Assembly (NCBI GenBank): GCA_017476265.1
Contig: JAFVAC010000045.1
Span: forward strand, 1-61,178
Origin: Clostridia bacterium
Lineage (GTDB): Bacteria > Bacillota > Clostridia > Christensenellales > DTU072
Direction: 5' to 3'
DNA length: 61,178 nt
Below the pieces are notes generated by a model. It was not told where the DNA came from and searched no databases. It saw nothing but the letters and a program-made list of their open reading frames with translations. Made by a program: the position numbers and the translations under genes. Shown piece after piece: positions 1-8,110 of the stretch (positions within the stretch are counted from its first letter, which is position 1; each line of letters begins with the position of its first letter).

Positions 1-700
1 TATTATGTTAAAGATGGGACTACGGTATGACGTAGCCCCAGAGCCCCCCAACTGTATGGTGGGCATTATAGGGCTCCCGAAAAGTCGAAAGACTTTTTGG
101 GAAATTAGATAGGGCTCCCAAAAAGTCGAATGACTTTTTGGGAAAGAGGAGGACTCCCGGAGTGCTCCGACGTCCGTTTGCGCTTCGCGTAAATGGGCGC
201 AAACGATGGGTAGTCCGACGAGTAGCGGGGGCTGTGGGGCTTAAAACATATATAGATGTTTACTCCCTTCCTCGGTAAGTATTATGTTAAAGATGGGGCA
301 TAGGGTCCGTATAGCCCCACAGAACCCGCTACGAAATAAGGGGTCCCCGCAAAGTCGATAGATTTTGTGGGGAGAGGAGCACCGCCGGAGTATTTTACGG
401 CAAGCACGCTTTGCGTGGTCGCCGTCGGACAAAGGCAGGTGCGACGAAGCGGGGGCAGTGAGATGACATAGCATCACACTATATTATAAGCGAGGAATGT
501 CCCTTCCTCGGTAAGTATTATGTTAAAGATGGGACTACGGTATGACGTAGCCCCAGAGCCCCCCAACTGTATGGTGGGCATTATAGGGCTCCCGAAAAGT
601 CGAAAGACTTTTTGGGAAATTAGATAGGGCTCCCGAAAAGTCGAAAGACTTTTTGGGAAAGTAGGTAGGGCTCCCGAAAAGTCGAATGCTCGATGGAGAA
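1..700. repeat. Three head-to-tail copies of a structured intergenic unit of about 235-280 bp, carrying REP-like hairpins
   Basis: Units start at 1 (possibly earlier), 280 and 516 with TATTATGTTAAAGATGGG. By eye, 1-146 is near-identical to 516-661, and the middle unit is diverged. The hairpin GGGCTCCCGAAAAGTCGAAAGACTTTTTGGGAAA occurs at 71-104, 112-145, 586-619 and 627-660, truncated at 668-687, and as a variant at 340-373. Confidence 0.8.
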
Positions 701-707
701 GAAAGAA

Positions 708-2033
708 CTACTCTTCGGCGTCGAGCGGGGTTTGTCCGTCGGAGAGCGTAGCGCTCGGTGAAGACGCGTCGTCTTGCCCCGGGTCGGCACTATTGTCTTC
801 GGAAGAAGGTTCGTCGGGATCTTGGGGTGCGGAATAGAGATAGACCTTGCGGTCTTTTTTGTTTTCGTCGAGCGGCAAGAAGAGGTCGGGATCCACTTTG
901 TCGAGGGCGGCGTTGGATTTTCCGTAAGCGATCTTTTCGCGGACCTTTACGTCGATGGAGAGCCCGATGGTGTTTTCTTGCCCGGAGGTCCCGCAGACGC
1001 TGAGGACGTTCATAAGATTGCTGACGAGGTCGAAAGCGTCCGGCTGATCTTTTTCGTCGTGAATAAAGTACCGCAGGACTTCGCAGAGGTCATTGTAAGG
1101 GATATCGGCGCTGACGCGGAGGTCGGTGGTGATCGCGTCGGGGTATTTGCCGTAGTTGACATCGGCGTTGACGCTGCTGTTGCCGACGTTGATCCATTTT
1201 TGCAAGTAGGGCAGGACGTCGTCGTAGGCGTCGGCGTAGTCGGCGAGAGGTCTCACCCCTTCGACGGCGGAGACCAGTCTGCCGAGGTAGTCGAAGAGGA
1301 TACGTTGCATTTTCTCCCGGTCAAGAGAAAAGGCGTACAAGAAGTGATTTTTGCTCGTGTCGAAGTACTTGTCCGCGGAGTCCTTTTTGGACCAATTTTG
1401 GGGAGTGCCGAGTTCGGACAGGGCGTTGGCCATCAGAAGTTCGGGCGCGGTCATCTCGAGGTCAATTCCTTGCGATTTAAGGAAGTGCGGCAAAGACTCT
1501 TTGTCGGTCGCCAGCCACACGGATTTGACGGCGGAGCCGGACTTCTGGTAATAGCCGGCTTTCAGATTGTAGACGGACCCGGTATAGCCGAGTTTGGCGC
1601 GGTAGGCGGTCTGCCCGGACAAAAAGAGATCGACGTTGTCGGTGGACGGATCGTAGTCGGTGGTGACGAGATTGCGGAAGGTGCGGTATAGAGACTCGAC
1701 TCTGTTGTCGGAGTCTTCGTCGATGTCGATCTCGGTCTCGACGTAGATCTTATCTTGCGAACGGACTCGCGTGACTGCCACTTCTCCGATGGCGGCGATG
1801 GGGGTTACGGCGCCCTGATAGCGCTGGTAGATGGACAGGATGACGTCGGCGGCGTAAGTGGTCTTTTTTTCGGTGGAGTTGTCGTAGTTTTTCATCGCCT
1901 CGTCGAAGGCGGGCTTGACGGTGGAGGCGCGATTGTCCACTTTGCTGCCGCTATCCCCGAAGCACGCCGTCAGCGATAGCAAAAATATCACGCAGACGGA
2001 AGCGCACATGATTCGCAAAAAATTTTTTCTCAT
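708..2033 (-). CDS. Hypothetical lipoprotein (441 aa)
   Basis: Long ORF with N-terminus MRKNFLRIMCASVCVIFLLSLTAC, a signal peptide with an L-T-A-C lipobox. It has an acidic, Ser/Pro/Asp-rich C-terminus. I recognise no family. Confidence 0.75.
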   Translation of the reverse strand: MRKNFLRIMCASVCVIFLLSLTACFGDSGSKVDNRASTVKPAFDEAMKNYDNSTEKKTTYAADVILSIYQRYQGAVTPIAAIGEVAVTRVRSQDKIYVETEIDIDEDSDNRVESLYRTFRNLVTTDYDPSTDNVDLFLSGQTAYRAKLGYTGSVYNLKAGYYQKSGSAVKSVWLATDKESLPHFLKSQGIDLEMTAPELLMANALSELGTPQNWSKKDSADKYFDTSKNHFLYAFSLDREKMQRILFDYLGRLVSAVEGVRPLADYADAYDDVLPYLQKWINVGNSSVNADVNYGKYPDAITTDLRVSADIPYNDLCEVLRYFIHDEKDQPDAFDLVSNLMNVLSVCGTSGQENTIGLSIDVKVREKIAYGKSNAALDKVDPDLFLPLDENKKDRKVYLYSAPQDPDEPSSEDNSADPGQDDASSPSATLSDGQTPLDAEE

Positions 2034-2115
2034 AATTCCCTCATATTTCTATAAAATATTTTGAAAGTAGCTTAATTTATACTCATTATACTTACTTAAA
2101 ATTAGTTTGTAAAGC

Positions 2116-2142
2116 AAAACGCCCGTTTATAGCGGGTGTTTT
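2116..2142 (-). terminator. Candidate rho-independent terminator after the DUF1893 gene
   Basis: On the minus strand, AAAACACCCGC-loop-GCGGGCGTTTT is followed by a T-run. Confidence 0.45.
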
Positions 2143-2189
2143 ATATGAAAAATGCGCATTTTTTCGACAGGCGGTAAAATTTTAGTAAA

Positions 2190-2621
2190 CTACTTAGAGA
2201 GGGACAGCAGTTTGTTCCGCAAAAGGATGAACGCCTGTTCCGGGTCGTCAACGGAAAAAACAGTCGCCTCCATCGGGCAGGGACCGTCTCCGGATCGATT
2301 GACGATATATCGGGTCAAAGTCCCATACGAAAAGGGTACGCCGGCTTTTCGGAATACCGCTTCCGCCGGCTCGCTCGCCACTTCGGCATAGACCGACTTC
2401 ACTTTGGCTTTGACAAACAAAAGCGCCGCCGCCTTGCCGACTATTTTGTCGGCGGCGGAGTACCCCTCGTAAGTCTTTCCGTCGTTTATAAGATCGATCA
2501 GCGGTCGGATCCCGCGGGCTTTCGACACGATTTCGTCGTCGCCTTTTTTGAGGACGCACGTCACGTCGTCGGACAAAAGCGCCCGCGCGAAAACAAGGTC
2601 GTCGTTTTCTATAAAAGTCAT
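2190..2621 (-). CDS. DUF1893 (TM1506-like) family protein
   Basis: The motif pattern DKIVGKAAALL...NRSGDGPCPME resembles the DUF1893 family as I recall it. I prefer the internal start MTFIEND at 2621, since the track start at 2636 overlaps the upstream stop. Confidence 0.65.
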   Translation of the reverse strand: MTFIENDDLVFARALLSDDVTCVLKKGDDEIVSKARGIRPLIDLINDGKTYEGYSAADKIVGKAAALLFVKAKVKSVYAEVASEPAEAVFRKAGVPFSYGTLTRYIVNRSGDGPCPMEATVFSVDDPEQAFILLRNKLLSLSK

Positions 2622-2625
2622 AGTT

Positions 2626-3738
2626 TCAGTTCTCAAACTCTTTCGCTACGGATACCAAAAGGTCCCTTATGGGCAATTTTTGCGGGCAGACTTTTTCGCA
2701 CTTTCCGCACTTAATACATTCGCTCGCCTTGCCGTTGTGTTTGGTGTAGACGCTCTCGTAATAGTAGTCGGCGTTCCAGTCGTTGAAGTGCTTTTTGGCG
2801 TTGAGACAGGCGAAAAGATCCGGGATGGATATGCGCTTGGGACAGCCGTCGATACAGTATCGGCACGCCGTGCAGGGGATCATATTTTTGCTCTTCAGGA
2901 CCGTCCGGACGGCGACGGTGGCGTCCCACTCCGCTTGTGACAGCTCCCGCAAGGAGGACATAGTGCGGAGATTGTCGCGCATCTGCTCGATCGCGCTCAT
3001 CCCGGAGAGTACGGCGATAACGTTTTTCGGGGCGGCGGCAAAACGCAACGCAAGTTCCGCCGGGGCGTCGCTGGACTTACGCACTTCCGCGAGGGCGTCT
3101 TGGGGCAGGTTGACCAGACTCCCGCCCTTGATCGGCTCCATAATAAAGACCGGTTTGTTGTATTTTTCACACACGTTGTAGAGTTTTTTGCTCTGTACGG
3201 CGGGGTCCTCGTAGTCGAGGTAGTTGTACTGTATCTGGACGACCTCGATCTGCGGATATTCGGACAGGATCTGTTCCAGTACGTCGGCGGTGTCGTGGAA
3301 AGAGATGCCGAAGTGCTTGATCTTTCCTTCCGCTTTCAGTTCGAGCGCGGTCTCGTAAGCGCGGCACTTTTTGAAGAACGAAAAGAGCTCTTTGTTCTGC
3401 GCGTGCATCAGATACACGTCGAAGTAGTCCACGCCGCAGGCTTTCAGCTGGCTCTCGAAAAAGGGTCTTATGTCCTCTTGCTTTTTGAAGTATACCCCGG
3501 TCAATTTGTCGGTGAGGAGGTACTTCTCGCGGGGATAGCGATCGGTCAGACAGGCTTTGACGGCGAGTTCGCTCTTGCCTCCGATGTAGCCGTGCGCGGT
3601 GTCGAAATAGTTGTTTCCGGCGGCGATAAACTCGTCTACCATCTTTTTGGTCTGCTCTATATCAATGTCCGCTCCCTTCATTGGCAGGCGCATGCAGCCG
3701 AATCCGAATTTGTTTTTGATGCCGAAATTGTTTACCAT
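2626..3738 (-). CDS. Aldo/keto reductase with a C-terminal 4Fe-4S ferredoxin-type domain
   Basis: N-terminus FGFGCMRLP...FDTAHGYIGGKSE is AKR-like. The C-terminus has two Cys clusters, CTACRYCIDGCP and CIKCGKCEKVCP. Confidence 0.85.
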   Translation of the reverse strand: MVNNFGIKNKFGFGCMRLPMKGADIDIEQTKKMVDEFIAAGNNYFDTAHGYIGGKSELAVKACLTDRYPREKYLLTDKLTGVYFKKQEDIRPFFESQLKACGVDYFDVYLMHAQNKELFSFFKKCRAYETALELKAEGKIKHFGISFHDTADVLEQILSEYPQIEVVQIQYNYLDYEDPAVQSKKLYNVCEKYNKPVFIMEPIKGGSLVNLPQDALAEVRKSSDAPAELALRFAAAPKNVIAVLSGMSAIEQMRDNLRTMSSLRELSQAEWDATVAVRTVLKSKNMIPCTACRYCIDGCPKRISIPDLFACLNAKKHFNDWNADYYYESVYTKHNGKASECIKCGKCEKVCPQKLPIRDLLVSVAKEFEN

Positions 3739-3857
3739 ATCCGTTATCTCCTTTTTTTCGATAGTAACAGTGTATCATAAAAAGATCTCTTCAGGAAGTT
3801 TTTTTTCACGGTTTTTCGTGATACAATGAAAGGGAAAACAACACGGGAGAAATCAAT

Positions 3858-4322
3858 GTGAACAAGACCAATGCAATGCGCATCTTAGACGCGGCGGGCG
3901 TGCGATACGCTTTTCGGGAATATGACGAGGAAATAACGGACGGAGAGAGTGTGGCAAGCGCCGTCGGCGTGGAGGTCGATCGCGTCTTCAAGACTCTCGT
4001 CACCATCGGGAGCGACCTCGAGCACTACGTCTTCGTCGTCCCGGTCAACTTCTCCCTCGACCTGAAAAAAGCCGCCGCTTCCGTCGGAGTCAAACGGGTG
4101 GAGATGATCAAGCAAAAAGAACTTTTACCTCTGACCGGCTACGTCCACGGCGGCTGCTCGCCCTTCGGAATGAAAAAGAAGTTCGTCACCGTCGTAAACG
4201 ACACCGCGACGCTGTTTGACTCGATTTGCGTCAGCGGCGGGAAAAGAGGACTGCAGATAGAACTCTCTCCCGACGACATCGTCCGTCTGACCGAAGGAAA
4301 GTACGCCGACCTGCTTCAGTGA
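3858..4322 (+). CDS. ybaK: Cys-tRNA(Pro)/Cys-tRNA(Cys) deacylase YbaK
   Basis: KTNAMRILD...HGGCSPFG...ICVSGGKRGLQIEL is typical of YbaK. GTG start, with GGGAG 9 nt upstream. Confidence 0.85.
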   Translation: MNKTNAMRILDAAGVRYAFREYDEEITDGESVASAVGVEVDRVFKTLVTIGSDLEHYVFVVPVNFSLDLKKAAASVGVKRVEMIKQKELLPLTGYVHGGCSPFGMKKKFVTVVNDTATLFDSICVSGGKRGLQIELSPDDIVRLTEGKYADLLQ

Positions 4323-4350
4323 CGATACGCCGAGCGTATCTTACACGACG

Positions 4351-4381
4351 AAAAAACGCGACCCGGGAAGGTCGCGTTTTC
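4351..4381. terminator. Bidirectional terminator hairpin between the convergent ybaK and alaS genes
   Basis: AAAAAACGCGACC-CGGGAA-GGTCGCGTTTT, with A/T runs on both sides. Confidence 0.7.
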
Positions 4382-4400
4382 GGTGACTTGCTTTTTTGGG

Positions 4401-6188
4401 TTAAGCCTCTTCATTGCCGGTTATTACCGCTTTGATACGGCGCACGCCTGCCGAGGAGGACTGCTCTTTGATGATCGAAAAGTGCTTCAGTTCCGCCGTG
4501 TTGGCAGCGTGCGGTCCGCCGCAGATCTCCATAGATACGTCGCCGATGGTGTACACCTTGACGATGGAGTCGTAGCGGTCGCCGAAGACGCCGACGGCGC
4601 CCTTTTCTCGGGCTTTGGCGAGAGGCATCTCTTCGCAAATTACGTCGATCTTGCGCTCGATGGCACGGTTGACTTCGTCCTCGACGGCTTTGATCTCTTC
4701 CGGGGTGAGAGGACGGGGAAAGTTGAAGTCGAAGCGCAAGCGTTCGGCGGTGATGTTCGACCCTTTTTGCTGAATGTCGGGGGCGTTGAGGACCTTTTTC
4801 AGAGCGGCGTTCAGAAGGTGCGTCGCGGTGTGCAGACGGCTGGTCGCTTCGGTGTGGTCGGCGAGTCCGCCCTTGAACTTCTGCTCGGCGCCGGCGTGGG
4901 ACTTCTCTTGGTGCTCTTTGAAGGCGCGCTCGAAACCTTCCTCGTCTACGGTCACGCCGTTGTCTTTGGCGAGTTCGACGGTCATCTCGATGGGGAAGCC
5001 GAAAGTGTCGTACAGTTTGAAGGCGGCTTTTCCGCTGATACGGTTGTTCTGAATGTATTTCAAGAGTTTCTCGAACTCTTTCAGACCGGTCTCGAGGGTC
5101 TTTTGGAATCTTTCGATCTCCTTTTGGAGTTCGGTGACGATCTTGTCGTGGTTCTCGGCGAGTTCGGGATAGTACGCCTTGTAGGACTCGACGTATTTTT
5201 CGGCGATCTCGATAAGAACGGACGAGTCGATCTCCAGCGTGCGGGCGAAGCGTACCGCGCGGCGGATGAGGCGGCGCAGGATGTAGCCTTGATCGACGTT
5301 GCTGGGGGTGACGCCCTTTTCGTCCCCGATCATAAAGGTGGCGGTGCGGACGTGGTCGGCGATGATGCGCATCGGACGGATGAAGTCCTCGCCCTTGCCG
5401 CTACGCTCCCGCAAGAGGTCGATGATCGGCTTGAAGACGTCGATCTCGTACACCGTCGGATAGCCGTTCAGCATAGCGACGGTCCGCTCCAGTCACATGC
5501 CGGTGTCCACGTTCTTTTGCTTTAAGGGTAGGAAGGAGCCGTCCGCCTGTTTGTCATATTCCATAAAGACGTTGTTCCAGATCTCCACGAATCTGCCGCA
5601 GTCGCAGGCGGGCGTGCAGACGTGGTCGCCGGCGTCGGGCTTGGTGATGATGAAGATCTCGGTGTCCGGTCCGCAGGGGCCGGTCATGCCGGCGGGTCCC
5701 CACCAGTTGTTTTTCTTCGGTAAGAAGTAGACGTTCTCTTTTTTGATGCCGAGGTTTATCCAGGTCTGCGCCGAAAAGTCGTCCCGCGGGGCGTCCTCGT
5801 CTCCGGCGAAGACGGATACGGCGAGTTTGTCCACAGGGATCTCCAAGACCTTGGTCAAAAAGTCATAGCTGAAGGTGATGGACTCCTTTTTGAAGTAGTC
5901 GCCAAGAGACCAGTTTCCCAACATCTCGAAGAAGGTGCAGTGCGTGGCGTCGCCCACCTCGTCGATGTCCCCGGTGCGGACGCATTTTTGCACGTCGGTC
6001 AAGCGTTTTCCCTCCGGGTGTTTCGCGCCCATAAGATACGGCACGAGGGGATGCATCCCTGCCGTCGTAAACAGCACGGTGGGGTCGTTGTCGGGGATCA
6101 GTGACGCCGACGGGATCACTTTGTGCCCGCGTTCGGCAAAGAAGTCGAGATAGAGCGAACGAAGTTGTTTGGTGTCCAGTTTTTTCAT
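4401..6188 (-). CDS. alaS: Alanine--tRNA ligase, short form of about 595 aa, interrupted by an in-frame TGA at 5493-5495
   Basis: Track ORFs 5493..6188 (catalytic core ending ...NVDTGM) and 4401..5474 share one frame. The junction reads V D T G M [TGA] L E R T V A M L, against the conserved AlaRS motif [16 protein letters not shown] and CGGPH editing-type motifs are present. Confidence 0.85.
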
Positions 6189-6247
6189 ATTCGGTACTCC
6201 TTATTGCGTTTTTCGCAAAAGTATGATGTGTCGTTTTGTTCCGCTTT

Positions 6248-7453
6248 TCAGCTGCGGAGCATATATTGTATGAGCGCGCGCCCGTTGGAGAGGAAGAGTC
6301 CTTTCTGCGCCTCCTCTTCGGTATAGGCTATGCCGGAGCGGGTGGGGCGGGCGGAATTGTAGACGATATAGGGGATGGGGTCGGACGTGTGCGTGCGTAG
6401 GACAAGCGGGGTCGCGTGGTCGGGCAGGACGGCAATACAGTAGTCCTCGCCGGACCTCTCCAGTCCTTCCCGGATGATGCCGAGGACTTCGTCCACCTTT
6501 TCCACGGCTCTGATCTTGCCTTGGGCGTCCCCTTGGTGCCCGCACTCGTCGGGCGCTTCCATATGGACGTAGACGTAGTCGTGGTCTTTCAGCGCCTCCA
6601 GGCAGGCGTTGGCTTTGCCGACGAAGTTGCTATCCAGCGTCCCCGTCGCGCCGGGGACTTCGACGACGTCCATATTCGCCCCTTTGGCGATGCCTTTCAA
6701 GAGGTCTACCGCGCTGATCATCGCGCCCTTTAAGCCGTACTTACTAAAAAAGTCTTCCAGCTTCGGTTTGGTGCCTCTCCCCCAGAACCATATCGCCGTG
6801 GCGGGGTTTTTGCCGGCGGCGACGCGGGCGACATTTATGGGGTGGTCCTTCAGGACGTCCATGGATCTTTTGATAAGGTCGAGGTAGTACTCCGCGTCCT
6901 CGCCCTTCGGGAGATAGTCGCCGATCTCTTTTCCGGAGATGTCGTGCGGGGGCGTGAAGTCGTCCGAGCAAGTCCCGTTGTGCAAGATGGCGCAGTTCCT
7001 GTAGCTGGTCCCACCGTGGAAAGTGATCTTGCCGTCGGACAGAGCGTCGTGGACGGCTTGCATCAGTTCGTGCGCCTCGTCGGTGGAGATCTCTCCCGCC
7101 GAGTAGTCGAGCATCTTCATCCGCGCAAAGGTCCCGTCTTCGGAGTCGCCCAAAGTCACCAGGTTGACGCGGAATACGGTGTCGTCGAAGGTGAAAGGCA
7201 CGCCGATGGACAGCGCCTCCAAAGGAGACCTCCCGGTGTAGCAAACTTTCGGATCATAGCCGAGGACGGAGAGATTGGCGACGTCGCTACCCGGCTTCAT
7301 CCCCGGATCGACCGTGCGGATGAGTCCCACGGTCCCAAGGAACGCCAATTCGTCGATGTGCGGCTTTTTCGCCAGTTCGAGCGGGGTGGCAAACCCCAGC
7401 GGTCCGCGCTTGTAGTCCGCCATTCCGTCGCCCAGAATTACGATATATTTCAT
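6248..7453 (-). CDS. apgM: Cofactor-independent phosphoglycerate mutase, archaeal ApgM type
   Basis: MKYIVILGDGMAD...KPGSDVANLSVLGYDP...HMEAPDECGHQGD... is typical of the family. 401 aa. Confidence 0.8.
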   Translation of the reverse strand: MKYIVILGDGMADYKRGPLGFATPLELAKKPHIDELAFLGTVGLIRTVDPGMKPGSDVANLSVLGYDPKVCYTGRSPLEALSIGVPFTFDDTVFRVNLVTLGDSEDGTFARMKMLDYSAGEISTDEAHELMQAVHDALSDGKITFHGGTSYRNCAILHNGTCSDDFTPPHDISGKEIGDYLPKGEDAEYYLDLIKRSMDVLKDHPINVARVAAGKNPATAIWFWGRGTKPKLEDFFSKYGLKGAMISAVDLLKGIAKGANMDVVEVPGATGTLDSNFVGKANACLEALKDHDYVYVHMEAPDECGHQGDAQGKIRAVEKVDEVLGIIREGLERSGEDYCIAVLPDHATPLVLRTHTSDPIPYIVYNSARPTRSGIAYTEEEAQKGLFLSNGRALIQYMLRS

Positions 7454-7485
7454 AGTACCTCTTTTTTTGTCGAAAAATTATCCGA

Positions 7486-7544
7486 AGATGGATTATCCAC
7501 AGATGGATTACCCACAGATGGATTACCCACGATCGGATTTTCCG
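7486..7544. repeat. 15-bp tandem repeat, about 3.9 copies (AGATGGATTAYCCAC)
   Basis: Copies at 7486-7500, 7501-7515 and 7516-7530, with a degenerate copy at 7531-7544. It lies 33 nt upstream of the apgM start on the opposite strand. Confidence 0.85.
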
Positions 7545-7696
7545 TATGCGGCTAAAAAATACTATACCAAATCAAAGAAAAAAAAGCAACAAAATAGGGA
7601 CGACTGCCCCCGAATCGGTCGATTCTCCCAACCCACCCGCCCCACAAGGTCCGTTCGCCCCAATATAGAGACGCAACGGAGGAGAAAACAAATTCA

Positions 7697-7771
7697 ATTA
7701 AATATTCGTTTAATCGTTGACACATACGCGTCGGTGTGCTATCATATAGATGATTAAACGAACGTTTAATC
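7697..7771 (+). promoter_or_regulatory. Sigma-A-type promoter flanked by two ATTAAA-N6-TTTAAT inverted repeats (candidate metal-sensor operators)
   Basis: TTGACA 7717-7722, 17-nt spacer, TATCAT 7740-7745. IR1 is 7697-7714 (ATTAAAtattcgTTTAAT). IR2 is 7753-7770, inside the 20-bp perfect palindrome GATTAAACGAACGTTTAATC at 7752-7771. Confidence 0.6.
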
Positions 7772-7786
7772 GTATGGAGGTAATAT

Positions 7787-8005
7787 ATGGAAAAGAAATA
7801 CGCTGTCAAGAATATGTGCTGCGCCAACTGCGCCGCCATCGCCGAAAGAAAGGCGAAGAAGGTCAAGGGCGTCAAAGAGCTGGAATTGAATTTCATGATG
7901 CAACGTTTGACCGTCGTGTACGAAGAGGGTGCGGACGTAGCCGCGGTGGAAGCGGAAGTCATTAAGGCGATACGGAAGATCGAGCCGGAAGCGGAGATCG
8001 CCTAG
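7787..8005 (+). CDS. Heavy-metal-associated (HMA) domain protein, 72 aa
   Basis: The NMCCANCAAIAERK metal-binding motif resembles the N-terminal domain of clostridial Cd/Zn ATPases. RBS GGAGG lies upstream. Confidence 0.75.
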   Translation: MEKKYAVKNMCCANCAAIAERKAKKVKGVKELELNFMMQRLTVVYEEGADVAAVEAEVIKAIRKIEPEAEIA

Positions 8006-8110
8006 GTCGCTTGCGCGACGTGCAAATTTGCCGGTAGGCAAATCTGATGAGGCGTATAGCCGAATGTAAGCTTGTTGCGCTTGCGCGATATGCGTGCTAA
8101 GCGCGCGTGT
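8006..8110. repeat. Cluster of short GC-rich hairpins between the HMA ORF and the ATPase ORF
   Basis: GTCGC-ttgc-GCGAC, TTGCC-ggta-GGCAA, GGC-gtat-AGCC and TGCGCTTGCGCG/GCGTGCTAAGCGCGCG. The opening GTCGCTTGCGCGACGTG resembles GTCGCTACGCGACGTG at 25739. Confidence 0.5.

Noticed and set aside
20-477. ORFs 20..202 (-) and 241..477 (-).
   Set aside because: They lie entirely within the repeat units, have no RBS, and their translations are Arg/Pro/Gly/Ser-rich nonsense.
1-700. A CRISPR array, considered here and at 25739-26000.
   Set aside because: The repeats are not a constant 24-40-bp unit separated by unique spacers of uniform length. The units are about 235-280 bp composites or an 8-bp word between hairpins, and no cas genes are present.
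5493-5495. An alternative genetic code (TGA=Gly as in code 25, or TAG reassignment) to explain the in-frame stops in alaS, parB and the flavodiiron gene.
   Set aside because: TGA terminates ybaK, the AKR gene, apgM, the ATPase, both ABC genes and others at family-typical ends. TAG terminates several more. The 8,905-codon giant ORF contains neither. Only one stop occurs per affected gene. A local substitution or error is more parsimonious.
5493-5495. Selenocysteine at the alaS TGA.
   Set aside because: The position is the invariant Gly of DTGMGLER, not a redox Cys/Sec site, and I saw no obvious SECIS-like hairpin immediately downstream.
7467-7962. ORFs 7467..7757 (+, MDYPQMDYPQ...) and 7552..7962 (-).
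   Set aside because: The first is generated by the 15-bp tandem repeat and runs through the promoter/operator region. The second is antisense to the HMA gene and its promoter. Neither has coding-like composition.
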